Shown here in pieces: positions 19,929 to 30,431 of a stretch of DNA of 64,000 nucleotides. The position numbers and the translations under genes were made by a program. A model generated the notes under the pieces. The model ran no database searches, was not told the DNA's origin, and saw only the letters and a list, made by a program, of their open reading frames with translations. Source of the stretch: a virus (lineage: Duplodnaviria; Heunggongvirae; Uroviricota; Caudoviricetes); IMG/VR virus record IMGVR_UViG_2778261268_000002. One strand, given 5' to 3'. Numbering within the stretch: the first letter of the stretch is position 1; the number at the start of each line of letters is the position of its first letter.

Positions 19929-20984
19929 ATGACTTATGCTGGCACACAAACAGCAGATAACGCCGGGGATACCATGAAATCGTATGCTATTTGGAATAAT
20001 AAAGGTGGCGTAGGAAAGACCTACTTATCTTTCGCTATGGCCTGTGAATACGCAAGGCAAAATCCAGAAAAGCGTATTATTTTTGCAGATATGTGCCCGC
20101 AGGCTAACTTATCTGAAATATTGCTCGGCGGTAACGGTACTGGTGCTGCTAACCTCGCGAGCTTAATTCAACAACGAAAAACTGTCGGTGGGTACTTTGA
20201 CAGAAGAACTCGCAGCCCCCACATGCTTACCGGTTCAGAAACAAGTTTCTTAATTCATGTCTCTGAAATTAACGGGCATGTCCCTGACAATGTATTTTTG
20301 ATTGCAGGCGACCCAAGCCTGGAAGTTCAGGCGCAAGTAATCAATCAGTTAAGCAGCGTAAACTTACCAGTTGACTCATGGAAAAGCATCCACCTGTGGC
20401 TACGAGATTTGCTTGTTGCATGTGCACAACAACAAGGTATCGAAGAAACCATTTGCTTTATTGATTGCAACCCCAGTTTCTCTGCCTATACCGAACTATC
20501 ACTGATAGCAGCAAATGCAATTATAATACCTTGCTCAAGTGATGGTTCTTCGGCTCGAGCAGTGGATAACCTAAGCCAGTTGGTTTATGGCGTTGGAGTA
20601 CAAAACGATTATCGTTCTGTTAACTTTTACGATCGGTGTCAACAGTTTGGTCTAGCGGTTCCTGTCATTCATTCTCTAGTTTTTAATCGTTCGACAGAGT
20701 ATGACAAACGAGCAAGTAAAGCGTTTTCGGCAATGTTCGACGAAATCAGGGATAGAGCTGAAAATCTGCGGACGAATAAACCAACAGCGTTCCAAGGCGG
20801 AAATTTAAAAACGTTTACTGTGCCAGATAACCATTCCGTAGCTATAGTATCTTCCCATCTAGGAAGACCTCTATTTGATATAAAACCAGGCAGATATCAG
20901 ATCCATGATACTGAGCCACAAATCAATAATGAACCATTAGAAAGATATGGTGCAGCAATCGAACGTCTTGTTCAGAGTTTATAG
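19929..20984 (+). CDS. ParA/MinD-family P-loop ATPase (orphan)
   Basis: Deviant Walker A AIWNNKGGVGKT; probable start at ATG 19974; no adjacent ParB-like gene. Confidence 0.65.
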   Translation: MTYAGTQTADNAGDTMKSYAIWNNKGGVGKTYLSFAMACEYARQNPEKRIIFADMCPQANLSEILLGGNGTGAANLASLIQQRKTVGGYFDRRTRSPHMLTGSETSFLIHVSEINGHVPDNVFLIAGDPSLEVQAQVINQLSSVNLPVDSWKSIHLWLRDLLVACAQQQGIEETICFIDCNPSFSAYTELSLIAANAIIIPCSSDGSSARAVDNLSQLVYGVGVQNDYRSVNFYDRCQQFGLAVPVIHSLVFNRSTEYDKRASKAFSAMFDEIRDRAENLRTNKPTAFQGGNLKTFTVPDNHSVAIVSSHLGRPLFDIKPGRYQIHDTEPQINNEPLERYGAAIERLVQSL

Positions 20985-21010
20985 TGGCTTATCTCACTCA
21001 TAATGGCTAA

Positions 21011-21042
21011 AAAAAGGCTGCAACAGAGGTTGCAGCCTTTTT
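21011..21042. terminator. Bidirectional rho-independent terminator
   Basis: AAAAAGGCTGCAAC-AGAG-GTTGCAGCCTTTTT between convergent genes. Confidence 0.65.
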
Positions 21043-21054
21043 TATAAAATTACA

Positions 21055-21342
21055 TTAACAGACTGGTAGCGATAGTAAATTATTATTCCATCGATTGTCT
21101 GCATACGTTCTAATAAACTGCCTTCCACCATTACCAGGATTAACAACCCCAACTTCTACACGATTACCTGCATTATCTGTTACATAGAATGTATGGAGAT
21201 TATTATCAATAGCATTAATTACCTGCTCAACAGTCCATTTCCCATTGCTAGTATTAAATTGAGGACTTCCCACATGAGTAATATGCTCATGGATTGATTG
21301 CGAGCCGGAGAGGGTAATGCAAGTAATGCGTACATCAGCCAT
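21055..21342 (-). CDS. Small conserved protein (DUF3892-like)
   Basis: 95 aa from ATG at 21342 (RBS AAGGAAG); MADVRITCITLSGS...HITHVG...FYVTDNAGNRVEVGVV; AT-rich. Confidence 0.45.
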   Translation of the reverse strand: MADVRITCITLSGSQSIHEHITHVGSPQFNTSNGKWTVEQVINAIDNNLHTFYVTDNAGNRVEVGVVNPGNGGRQFIRTYADNRWNNNLLSLPVC

Positions 21343-21630
21343 ATATACTTCCTTTATTCTATAGATTATAGGAATTGCGTTGTCCAAAAAACAAACAACA
21401 CAATAACAATAAAGAAACATACACACAACAAAAACTAACGCTATTTATTGATAGATTTGCCTGATGAATGCTAGCTCTCTTTGCTGCCTAGCACTCAAAC
21501 AAATAACAGAAGAAAGCCCCAGATAACATTACGCGTCCTGCAAGACGCTTAACATTAATCTGAGGCCATATCCATGCTTAGCATATCTAGATTAACCCTC
21601 TCCCCTTTTAAGGAGCAAGGAATTTTACTG

Positions 21631-22227
21631 CTATGCCGCCTTTCCAGTTATGGATTCAGCGACAAGAACAACCCCATGCTTACTTCGATCTGGGTGTTCA
21701 CTCCATATCTCAGATTCAGGAATACTTACCCCGTCATAGCAAACACGTTCGCCGTCAAACGGGTAATACTGAGCGGCATCGGTGTCGAGGATAAACACTT
21801 TTAGCTCGGAAGAGCGACGGGCGATGTGTTGCCAAAGAGCTTTTCCACCTTCGTATTGCTCATTATCACTAAGCAAAACAACACCAGCTTTTGAGGCTAC
21901 GGTTTCGTAAACAAAAGTAGCTAAACCGACATCACGGACGGTTCCATCAACCACGATACCTTCAATCTGGGCAACATCGCTATCCTCCCAGAACTTCCTT
22001 ACCAGTACGCCTTCAAGCTGCGGGCGACGTTGAAGTTCAAGAGTAGCGACAACCTTATGGCGCATATCACCATCGATAACAGAAGGCGCAGCCTCTATTA
22101 CAGCTGCAAATGGGGTTTTGGAATCCCATATAACCTGGTAAAGCACACCCTGGATGGTAACTCCGTCCAGGATCGAAAATCGACGAGCGACAGTACCCGG
22201 GGAGTACGACATTGGAATCACAGCCAT
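21631..22227 (-). CDS. Hypothetical protein
   Basis: 198 aa from ATG at 22227 (RBS AAAGGGGGA). Confidence 0.5.
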   Translation of the reverse strand: MAVIPMSYSPGTVARRFSILDGVTIQGVLYQVIWDSKTPFAAVIEAAPSVIDGDMRHKVVATLELQRRPQLEGVLVRKFWEDSDVAQIEGIVVDGTVRDVGLATFVYETVASKAGVVLLSDNEQYEGGKALWQHIARRSSELKVFILDTDAAQYYPFDGERVCYDGVSIPESEIWSEHPDRSKHGVVLVAESITGKAA

Positions 22228-22360
22228 TTTAGAGTCCCCCTTTAACAGTACAGGCACAAACATCTACCTCAATAATTGTAGTTTATTAGAACATTAATAA
22301 TCTAACATAAAACTCCAGACAATGTTATCGATGCATGTTTATATAAAATAGTTATAAAAA

Positions 22361-22378
22361 AAGCTCCCGCAGGAGCTT
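22361..22378 (-). terminator. Stem-loop terminator downstream of the structural gene at 22399-22908
   Basis: AAGCTCC-CGCA-GGAGCTT flanked by A/T runs. Confidence 0.5.
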
Positions 22379-22398
22379 TAAAATACAAGGGATGACTC

Positions 22399-22908
22399 TT
22401 AATCCCACTCAATCCAGTTGTAAACGATACGAAGTGACGGACGCACAGCGGCAGTCACATCTTCGGTACTAAAGTCGATTGCATCACTGTAGATTTTGCA
22501 GTCCAACATTTCAATTGTTGTAGCAGCTTTTGTCACAGCGTTAACCCCGGAAGATTTGGATTCAGGGGTCGCAGCCATCGTGATATCAACATAGTCCTTC
22601 GCCGCAATGCGATCTTTAATGAACTGAAGAATATCGCCTTCGATAGTCTCCACGCACTGGACCTGGATTTCCCCAGAGTTTCGAATTGGACCGTGCTGGT
22701 TGAACTTCACACCATTCGGACCATAGTCCTCCACATCCTCGCGGGTCATTTCAGGAATTTGCGACGTGCGAACCAGTACGCTGATATCTTCATGGCCTGC
22801 AAAAGTGAGCTGGAATTCAGAAGATACCAGTCGTTCGCCTTTGGCCGCGTTGGCAGTATAGCGGCCCTTAATAAATTTACGGTTTCCCTTAGTGTTATTG
22901 TGCCCCAT
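22399..22908 (-). CDS. Putative baseplate/tail structural protein
   Basis: 169 aa; composition and size typical of tail tube or baseplate proteins; in operon with sheath and capsid genes. Confidence 0.45.
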   Translation of the reverse strand: MGHNNTKGNRKFIKGRYTANAAKGERLVSSEFQLTFAGHEDISVLVRTSQIPEMTREDVEDYGPNGVKFNQHGPIRNSGEIQVQCVETIEGDILQFIKDRIAAKDYVDITMAATPESKSSGVNAVTKAATTIEMLDCKIYSDAIDFSTEDVTAAVRPSLRIVYNWIEWD

Positions 22909-22919
22909 ATAAAATCCTT

Positions 22920-23501
22920 TTACTGGAACGCCCGAACAATATCGGAGCTGTTATATATCGAAGAACCGGTCAACTGGAGGTTGACGGTGTTTTTCAGGAA
23001 ATGCCCATTGCTGTCCCTGGGCGCATCGAGATCGAAACTTATGTCCTGGATAGCGACATCAATGATGTTGATCCGGCGACCAATGTTTAGCGTCACACGC
23101 TCCGGGATTCGACCTCCAATACTGGCATCTTTAAGTTCCGGGCTAATCATCGCTGACAATGCGGCGATAGCTCCTGAAACCTCCGTGAATGGATCAAACA
23201 AAGCGATGAAAGTTACTGGCAGCGTGAAAGTTGGCGGTGTTCCCCCCTCCCAAACCATTAAGCTGTTCCAACGGGCCACCGACGTTGTTTCAGTACCAAC
23301 CTGCGCAAAACCACTGAAGGCACCAGCAACAGACCCCATGGACATACCGGTAAACGGCGCTTCCCAATTCTGGGCCATGTTCATTGCTGCCCCCTGGCTG
23401 ATATATCCGGTAACCTGGTACTGAGAGTTCGTTAAAGTAACTTTCAGAAATGGCGATACACCGTCAGCCTGGCTGTAAACCCCATAAGGTATAGGTGCCA
23501 T
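22920..23501 (-). CDS. Hypothetical structural protein
   Basis: 193 aa; Gly/Ser/Ala/Thr-rich. Confidence 0.45.
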   Translation of the reverse strand: MAPIPYGVYSQADGVSPFLKVTLTNSQYQVTGYISQGAAMNMAQNWEAPFTGMSMGSVAGAFSGFAQVGTETTSVARWNSLMVWEGGTPPTFTLPVTFIALFDPFTEVSGAIAALSAMISPELKDASIGGRIPERVTLNIGRRINIIDVAIQDISFDLDAPRDSNGHFLKNTVNLQLTGSSIYNSSDIVRAFQ

Positions 23502-23536
23502 TCAAGTTAAAGGCCGGAGTTCTCCGGCCTCCTCCT

Positions 23537-24352
23537 TTAGCCAAGGCGCTTACGGCGCAGTTTCATTGACTTTTTGCGGGCAAGTTTTGCCGCACCCGTC
23601 TGGGCTTTTCGACGCGCTTTTTTCAGCGCCGATTTTTGAGCCGCAGTCAGACGTTTTTTACGCAGGCGTTTACGGATGAGTTTGATCTCACCGTTACGAA
23701 CAACCTTCTTAAATGCTTCAGTCAGCATTTCATCAGAAGTGCCAGCAACAACAAACGCCGCTTCCAGTTCGTCACGGTCGTCGCTATCTAAACCAGCGAT
23801 AGAGGCACCAACATCAGCAGCTGCGTCGTCGTCTTCATCGTCAGCCAGTGCTTCGATCAGGTCATCATCTACACCGCATGCTGCGAGGAAGTCAGCAACA
23901 TTTGCCCATGCTTCGTTATAGGCATCGTCCTGTTCTTCTGTAACTTCGGAGTCGTCGTCATCAGAGATACCAGCGATAGCCTGAACGAAACCATCAAGGG
24001 AGTCGAAAGTCAGATCACCGCTATCAGCCCAGGCGAAAACGGCGTCGGCCGCATCACTCAACGCATTCTGCATAGCACTTCGATTTGCAGCTTCCAGAAT
24101 CATCTGGTGCGCCTGTTCGACGGTCCATTCTTTACCGTCTTTCCCTTCCAGGATTTGCTCAGGAGCCGGGGCAGATGGAACGTTATCGTTAGTCTGTGCC
24201 GCCGGTTCCGGATTATTATTAATAACCGGATCTGTTGGCGGTTCGGCGCTTACTCGGGCAGACTCCATCAGCTGCACAGGATCAGAGTTCAAAGCGAAAC
24301 GAGACAGTCCATTCCCCAAAAATGCCCCGGATTGAAAAAAGTTTTTGCTCAT
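23537..24352 (-). CDS. Highly acidic protein with Lys/Arg-rich C-terminal tail
   Basis: 271 aa; central poly-Asp/Glu stretches (DDDDSEVTEEQDD, DDEDDDAAAD) and C-terminal RKRLRKKRL...KLRRKRLG. Confidence 0.5.
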   Translation of the reverse strand: MSKNFFQSGAFLGNGLSRFALNSDPVQLMESARVSAEPPTDPVINNNPEPAAQTNDNVPSAPAPEQILEGKDGKEWTVEQAHQMILEAANRSAMQNALSDAADAVFAWADSGDLTFDSLDGFVQAIAGISDDDDSEVTEEQDDAYNEAWANVADFLAACGVDDDLIEALADDEDDDAAADVGASIAGLDSDDRDELEAAFVVAGTSDEMLTEAFKKVVRNGEIKLIRKRLRKKRLTAAQKSALKKARRKAQTGAAKLARKKSMKLRRKRLG

Positions 24353-24361
24353 TGTATTCCC

Positions 24362-25951
24362 TTACTTAATAAGCAGCGGTACGCCCTGGATACGACGGGC
24401 TACGCCAGTCGGGCAGCAGGCCCAGACTACTTCCCATTTATCGAATTCCGCCTGCGTAACTTTCAGCACATACGGTTCTGTACCGTCAGCATCAGGATCA
24501 CGAGGAGCCACCAGAGCGCCGGAGGCGACAAAGCGATCCAAAAGTTTGGTCATCCCTTTAGTCAGACCAGCGGCAGTAATACCGTCAGGGCTATGCTTCA
24601 TCTGGCGGGCTAACTGGACAAAGAAACGGCTGATTGCATTCATCAGGGATGGGACGTGCTGGAAGTGCAGATAGTTATCCTGCGTGCAGCAAGTTAAAGC
24701 ATCGTCGATGATCATCTGGCCAGAGGTGCCAACAGATACTTTATTGAGACGGCCCTTGACCATTGCTTCTTCGTCCGGGGTATCTTCCGGATACAGCGGT
24801 TGAATTGACGCACGAGCAATGACGGCACGTTCTTCACCAGCCGGTGAGTAATGCCAACCGCCGACATCGGAGTTTTTCTTGACGCCACGAGCTTTCGCCG
24901 CATACGCCGCGCCAGACAGACCGAAGACCACGCGGGATTGGGTCCATTTGTCTTTGCAGGAGAACGGGAAATGATAGACAGCACAGCTTACATAATCGGT
25001 ACCAAGTAAACCGGTATCTTCAACAGCAGAGATCGCTTCCGTGTACGTCAATGTCGGTTTGACATCAAAGAAGCCATCAATCAGGCGATCAGAACAGATA
25101 TTACCTAACGCAGTGATCGCCGCATTGTCATAGCAACCCAGGCCGAGAACAGCGGTGTACATGTACGGCGCATTGTTCAGCACTTTCACCGCACGCAGGT
25201 AAGCAGCAGTGGAAATGTTCGACTGATCGCCGTTGGTACCGCCAGTGAACGCCAGCGATTTTTTATTTGTTACTTTCGCCGTCGAAATCAGCTCTTCATT
25301 AACAACCGCGCGCAGATATTTAGAACGGGCTTCCAGAGCCGTAGGCAGATAACACAAGCGGCCCATGTCATCTTTCGCTTCTTCCGCCAAAGACACAGTG
25401 TGTGTCTCCAGGGTCGTTACCACGCCGAGCGAAGTCGTCTGGGTCAGTTTTAAGAGGAAGCGTTCATTACCCGCGCTGTCCGCTGTTGCCGTTTCGATGG
25501 TTAACTCACGGGTAGGTGAAATACACGGATCACCATCATCAACGTAGATAGCAAAGGCTTCGCCGCTATCAAGTTCAATTTCAGAACCGTATGGCAACGC
25601 ACTGTAAGCCGGTTCGCCTGATTCATCGAACATAATAATCGGGAACTTCGCATCATCCGGAACAGCACGGACAACATAACCAGACGTTTGCTGAATAGCT
25701 TCGTACACATGGCGAATTGGTTCGAACTGTGAGCCGGAAGACGGCTTCAGCGGTTCGCCGAGAACATCTTCGTAATTGGACTCAGTAACCGCAAGAACAG
25801 TAAACGGCTTGCCACGCGCAAATACGCCAATACCAGCCCACAAGCTGCTATTTAATGCAACACCGGTAGATAACGTCGCATCGGCATTGATCGGGCTAAC
25901 AGCGACGCCGGATGCATTACCTAATGACTGTTGAATTGAATATTGAGACAT
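24362..25951 (-). CDS. Contractile tail sheath protein
   Basis: 529 aa (about 57 kDa); sheath-like composition and size; precedes tail structural genes. Confidence 0.65.
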   Translation of the reverse strand: MSQYSIQQSLGNASGVAVSPINADATLSTGVALNSSLWAGIGVFARGKPFTVLAVTESNYEDVLGEPLKPSSGSQFEPIRHVYEAIQQTSGYVVRAVPDDAKFPIIMFDESGEPAYSALPYGSEIELDSGEAFAIYVDDGDPCISPTRELTIETATADSAGNERFLLKLTQTTSLGVVTTLETHTVSLAEEAKDDMGRLCYLPTALEARSKYLRAVVNEELISTAKVTNKKSLAFTGGTNGDQSNISTAAYLRAVKVLNNAPYMYTAVLGLGCYDNAAITALGNICSDRLIDGFFDVKPTLTYTEAISAVEDTGLLGTDYVSCAVYHFPFSCKDKWTQSRVVFGLSGAAYAAKARGVKKNSDVGGWHYSPAGEERAVIARASIQPLYPEDTPDEEAMVKGRLNKVSVGTSGQMIIDDALTCCTQDNYLHFQHVPSLMNAISRFFVQLARQMKHSPDGITAAGLTKGMTKLLDRFVASGALVAPRDPDADGTEPYVLKVTQAEFDKWEVVWACCPTGVARRIQGVPLLIK

Positions 25952-26011
25952 AACTTTCCCTGTTATGCGCCCCGCACGGGGGCGCTATGTTAAACGGAGA
26001 ACTTCCCCTGA

Positions 26012-27739
26012 TTACTCAGAGTCACCGGCATCAATCGTGTCGCCGCTTATGAAGTTAAGCCCGCCTTTTTTGGCCATTGTCAGCGTTACACGAGTGAAGT
26101 AATCAGCGCCGTTGCGTGGGTGCATATCGTTGATAGCCGAACCCCACAGCGTGGTACGGTTGACCAGCGCCGGAGTGGTCGGATGCTGGAACGGGATGGC
26201 CGGGACAGCATCACCAGTCACGAAGCCTGCTTTACCCGGATTTTCATCACGGACGTAGCACAGCACATCCATCGAGCTGAACTGAATGTTCTCTGTCGTT
26301 AAGTTCTTACAAATACCAGCAGGTACTTCGTACACTTTCACGTTACCGAACAGGGTACCGATGTAGTGAACATACGGAGTCTGGATATAGTCTTCGGCTG
26401 GCTGGAAGAAATCCTTCGGCAACTGTTTGAAGAAAGATGCTGCATCAGCACCAGCAAACATCCCCATCGCACCAGAAGATTTAACGCGCTCAATAATGTC
26501 GCGATATACAGTCTGGAATTTGCCACGAATGATGGTTGCCCATACATCAAAGGACTGGTTAACCGGCAGAGCGATGTCAAAGGTGTCGGTCGCAAGAGTA
26601 CGCCAGATCATGATGCGAAGACGCAGCATATCCTGTTCATGAGACAGGTATTCCTTCAGGGTGCGGAACTGTAGGGAACCCAGGTCCAGACCAAATTCTC
26701 GCTGTGCTTCATACGCCGCCTGTACCGTGTGCTCAGCCGCGATAACGAACTGGCTTGGGAACAGGGTGTATTTCTTCATTTCGTGGTTGATCAGCGGGAT
26801 CAGCTCAGGAGCGGCTTCAATATTGATTTCCGTCTCAATTGCGATCTCAGTGCCTTTATCCGGCGCTTTGGAGAACGACAGGGCAATCTGACCAATGTTG
26901 TAGTTCAGAGAGCAGGTAACAGTGATTTGCTCACCAGCAGCATTAGTAAACGAGTGAAGTAGGCTGCCGGAACCGTTATCAACAACAGACTTAATACGGT
27001 TAACGTAGATATTAGTGCGACCTTTTCGGATTGGTACATTCTGGCCTTCGAAGTCTTCCATCTTGAAGGTTGCGGTTTTGCTGGTGCCATCGGAGCTTGC
27101 CACCAGCACATAGCGGCGGCGTAACTGGCTGTACACACCGACGGATTGCATGTCCAGAACATCACCAGCAGCATAAGAACCAAAAGAGGAACCTGCCACG
27201 TTAAAGACTTCATAGATGTCGGACTGGTCACGCGTAACCGGAATGAAGGTACACGCATCAGCGGTAGCTGCCCCCAACTGAACAGGCAGGATCATCGCGA
27301 GGAATAAAGGCAGACGCATAACACCGTCAGAAACGCTCATCATCTCTGCTGCGACGGATTCCAGCATCGCTTTATTAGTGGCATCCATGCTATTGCGGGT
27401 GGACTCAATCAGGCAGTTTTCCAGCGTCTGGTGGCAGGAGGCCAGAATTTCCGGACGCGGCATAGATTTATGTGCTGCGGCGTAGTCAGCCAGTGCACTT
27501 GCCCACGCTGTAGCGATTTGAGCGGTGGCATTATCAGAGATACCCGCAAAAACCGGGTCTTTACGTGCAGCTTCAAGGATAGATGCGGCACGCGCGGCAT
27601 CATCTTTAATGAATTGGTTATCAGTACCGAACTGCGCAGTGCTTGCCCAGCCAAGCACAGCTTTAGAGCGTTTTGCGATATCTGCAATACGATTCTGGTA
27701 TTCGCGTAAGTTACTCAATTTACTCTTCCTTAAACACAA
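26012..27739 (-). CDS. Major capsid (head) protein
   Basis: 575 aa; position directly upstream of parS as in P1 gene 23; track start is TTG, true start uncertain (alternative TTG at 27718 with RBS AGGAAG). Confidence 0.55.
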   Translation of the reverse strand: MCLRKSKLSNLREYQNRIADIAKRSKAVLGWASTAQFGTDNQFIKDDAARAASILEAARKDPVFAGISDNATAQIATAWASALADYAAAHKSMPRPEILASCHQTLENCLIESTRNSMDATNKAMLESVAAEMMSVSDGVMRLPLFLAMILPVQLGAATADACTFIPVTRDQSDIYEVFNVAGSSFGSYAAGDVLDMQSVGVYSQLRRRYVLVASSDGTSKTATFKMEDFEGQNVPIRKGRTNIYVNRIKSVVDNGSGSLLHSFTNAAGEQITVTCSLNYNIGQIALSFSKAPDKGTEIAIETEINIEAAPELIPLINHEMKKYTLFPSQFVIAAEHTVQAAYEAQREFGLDLGSLQFRTLKEYLSHEQDMLRLRIMIWRTLATDTFDIALPVNQSFDVWATIIRGKFQTVYRDIIERVKSSGAMGMFAGADAASFFKQLPKDFFQPAEDYIQTPYVHYIGTLFGNVKVYEVPAGICKNLTTENIQFSSMDVLCYVRDENPGKAGFVTGDAVPAIPFQHPTTPALVNRTTLWGSAINDMHPRNGADYFTRVTLTMAKKGGLNFISGDTIDAGDSE

Positions 27740-27855
27740 GGCACTTGTGTGAATCCCTTTTCGGAAGAGATTTTATTGAAAGTCACTTGTTGACTTTCTC
27801 GTGACAAGAAATTTTTTTATTTTTTTCGGGAGGAGGGGAGAAAGGTAAAATCCAA

Positions 27856-27941
27856 GGTGAAATCGTGGCGATTTCACCTTGAAATTTTAGAAGGATTTAC
27901 TTTAAAAACAGTAATTTAATGGTGAAATTTGAATGGCGAAA
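27856..27941. other. parS: Partition centromere parS
   Basis: GTGAAAT / TCGCCA-type ParB boxes flanking an AT-rich IHF-like core: GGTGAAATCGTGGCGATTTCACC...GGTGAAATTTGAATGGCGAA. Confidence 0.6.
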
Positions 27942-27943
27942 GT

Positions 27944-28945
27944 TTAAGGCTTCGGCTTTTTATCGAGGCTCTTTCTAAGGATATGCCCAATCATCCTGTC
28001 GAGTTCTTCCTGTAACTCTTTTGAGAGTCGATTAAACTCATAAGAAAATGCACGGCCTTTCACGCGCTTCCTTGCAAAGCGATCCTTGTCCTCAAATTTC
28101 CATAATTCAGTAACTACGGACTTATCTTTAGAACCTTTATCCGTGAGTAGTGAGGCTTCCTTTGTTATCAAGCGCAGGATTTTATTTTTAACTTCATCTT
28201 CGGCCATTTCTTCAATGGATAAGATGTCGTTTATTTCCGGGGATATGTTTTGAATAAGCTGATCAAACTCTAAATTCTTGTTCCCCATTTCGTCGCCAAC
28301 AGCACAAAGCGTTTTGTAGTCCGAAAAGGTTAATTCCGACTGCACAGGGAAAAGGGCGACTAATTCTTCCGGAGCACTCGCTGCCTGGAGAGCACGCGTG
28401 ACCTTCGCCTGAGACAGCCCTTCTTTGGCTGCAATATCCTTCTGACTCATCCCATCATTTTTCATTCGCATCAAACGCAGACCTATTTCTCGAATGCTGT
28501 GCTGCAATGCTGTCTGAACGTCTTTCGCTAAATTTTGCGCTTCCTGAACGCTGATCTCCTGATCCGTGACTAAAACCCGCAACCCTACGTTCTCTAAGAT
28601 GGCAGAAGCTCGACGCCGGGAACCATCCAAAATTTCAATTTTCCCTGTAGCCCGTCTAACACCTATTGCAGGGTAAAATTGCTGATGCTTAATAGTGCTT
28701 CGGATACTTTTTAATGATTTTGGCGTAAGAGATGCCTGGTCACGCCCGTTGTTATGCTGATCAACAAAGGTATCGCTTTCTACCTGGTTCGGAGGTATTA
28801 CCTCTTCAATAAATGTGGCCTGGCGACCAGTTGATAACTTGAATACCTGCTCGACTCGATCGCCAGAGGCTGAAGAACTATCAAATCCGCTTAATATTGA
28901 AGGATTAAGGGTTCGCCCAATTGTTGGTCTGTTTTTCTTTGACAT
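27944..28945 (-). CDS. parB: Partition protein ParB
   Basis: 333 aa; N-terminus MSKKNRPTIGRTLNPSILSGFDSSSASGDRVEQVFKL...; ParB box and HTH region; recognised as P1-type ParB. Confidence 0.9.
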   Translation of the reverse strand: MSKKNRPTIGRTLNPSILSGFDSSSASGDRVEQVFKLSTGRQATFIEEVIPPNQVESDTFVDQHNNGRDQASLTPKSLKSIRSTIKHQQFYPAIGVRRATGKIEILDGSRRRASAILENVGLRVLVTDQEISVQEAQNLAKDVQTALQHSIREIGLRLMRMKNDGMSQKDIAAKEGLSQAKVTRALQAASAPEELVALFPVQSELTFSDYKTLCAVGDEMGNKNLEFDQLIQNISPEINDILSIEEMAEDEVKNKILRLITKEASLLTDKGSKDKSVVTELWKFEDKDRFARKRVKGRAFSYEFNRLSKELQEELDRMIGHILRKSLDKKPKP

Positions 28946-28961
28946 GGGGGTTTCTTACTCC

Positions 28962-30158
28962 TCAGTTAGATCTGATAAATTCAATACGGTCAAAAACTGC
29001 TTTAGCAAAATCTTCCGCGGCAATTCGCGCGTTCTTCAATGCATCAGCACTACCAACATACGTTGCCGGGTTAGCTGAAATAACAGTGTCAAAAGACTCG
29101 CCGCAACGTTCAAAACCGTCAAGGCGAGGGAGGACGACATCGAGCATATCCCCACCGAACACTTCTTTAGCCAGGCTATGGCAATACTTATGATCTGCCT
29201 TGTTACTCAACTTGGACATAAAACCAATGTTAGTCGCAAGCTGGCACTCGCAGCCTTCATCCGAAATGAGTTTCACCAACTCAGGAAGGCGGGCAACGTA
29301 TTTAAGCGATGAGTGGAAATCGACAGTTGCTGGCGGCAGAGGTGTAAACAGTATATTGGCCGAGGCCAAAGCATTTTTCAGGAAGGCGTCAAGGTGAGGA
29401 CCACTATCAACGAGGATAAAGTCATAATCGCTCTTCAGCTTATCAATCACATTTTCTTTCAGGACAGCATGGATGTTCTGACCCGGTAGATGCTCATTGC
29501 ACAGCTCTCTCCAATCGGATGCAATAAAGGCATCGTCAATCGACGCAGGCATAACGTCAACCCCAGGTACAACAGAAGGAACAATAAACTCCTCTAACAG
29601 CTCTTCACGGCTTACATTCTGCAACATAGCCTGTGCAGATGTTGCGTTTACGATACCAATAGAGTGTTTATGGCTTAAAAACATCGTTGCTGAAGATTGC
29701 GGATCAAGGTCAATAACCAGAATCCTTAAATCTTCCATCAGAAGATGAGGGTGGGCACGCATTGCATGCGCCAGAGAAACCGTCGATACAGTTTTTGACA
29801 CACCGCCTTTAAGATTGGAGATGAAAATCACATACGCTTCGCTGTAGCGATCCCGGTATTTTGGCACTCCGCGATGTTCATATATGTCAATGATGTTCTG
29901 AATTGACATCGCATATTTCATTGAAGAGCCAGCAGGACGTTTATCGAAAACATAACCCTTTTCTTCCATTTCACTTACGGCATAGTCAACGTTCGCTCGA
30001 GTCAGTAGAGGCAATTTTGCCAGTGCCGCTTTCGCATAGACCTGGTAAAACTCGTTCGCGTGTAGCTCATCCTTTTGCAACTGTACTTGTTCAGTCAGAA
30101 CATTGAGCATTCTGTTTGCTCTTTGAGCAACCTTGTGAAGCTGGCTGGAATCACTCAT
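28962..30158 (-). CDS. parA: Partition ATPase ParA
   Basis: 398 aa; Walker A ISNLKGGVSKT; N-terminal DNA-binding extension; recognised as P1-type ParA. Confidence 0.9.
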   Translation of the reverse strand: MSDSSQLHKVAQRANRMLNVLTEQVQLQKDELHANEFYQVYAKAALAKLPLLTRANVDYAVSEMEEKGYVFDKRPAGSSMKYAMSIQNIIDIYEHRGVPKYRDRYSEAYVIFISNLKGGVSKTVSTVSLAHAMRAHPHLLMEDLRILVIDLDPQSSATMFLSHKHSIGIVNATSAQAMLQNVSREELLEEFIVPSVVPGVDVMPASIDDAFIASDWRELCNEHLPGQNIHAVLKENVIDKLKSDYDFILVDSGPHLDAFLKNALASANILFTPLPPATVDFHSSLKYVARLPELVKLISDEGCECQLATNIGFMSKLSNKADHKYCHSLAKEVFGGDMLDVVLPRLDGFERCGESFDTVISANPATYVGSADALKNARIAAEDFAKAVFDRIEFIRSN

Positions 30159-30431
30159 CGAAAGTCATCCTTTATGCTGTATTTTTGAATTTAATTAAAA
30201 ATGCTGCATAAAATAATAATGTATGCGTAGATGCTTGTACATAGCATTCCCTGCATGTTTACTCCTTTGCCAAGTGTGTCACAACATGCTTTGGCATCCT
30301 CCACGCATAAAGGACGCGGATTTCTTCTATGTTCAGGTTGTAGCCTGAATCATTTTGGTGATTTCCTGCTTCAACGGGCAGCCCGGCTTCACTCTCTATC
30401 AACTGGTGAGAACGGCTTGCCCGGCAGCTTC

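Noticed and set aside
19929-20984. ParA-like gene considered as a second partition system
   Set aside because: No ParB-like partner or centromere-like repeat array is adjacent, so it is annotated only as an orphan ATPase.
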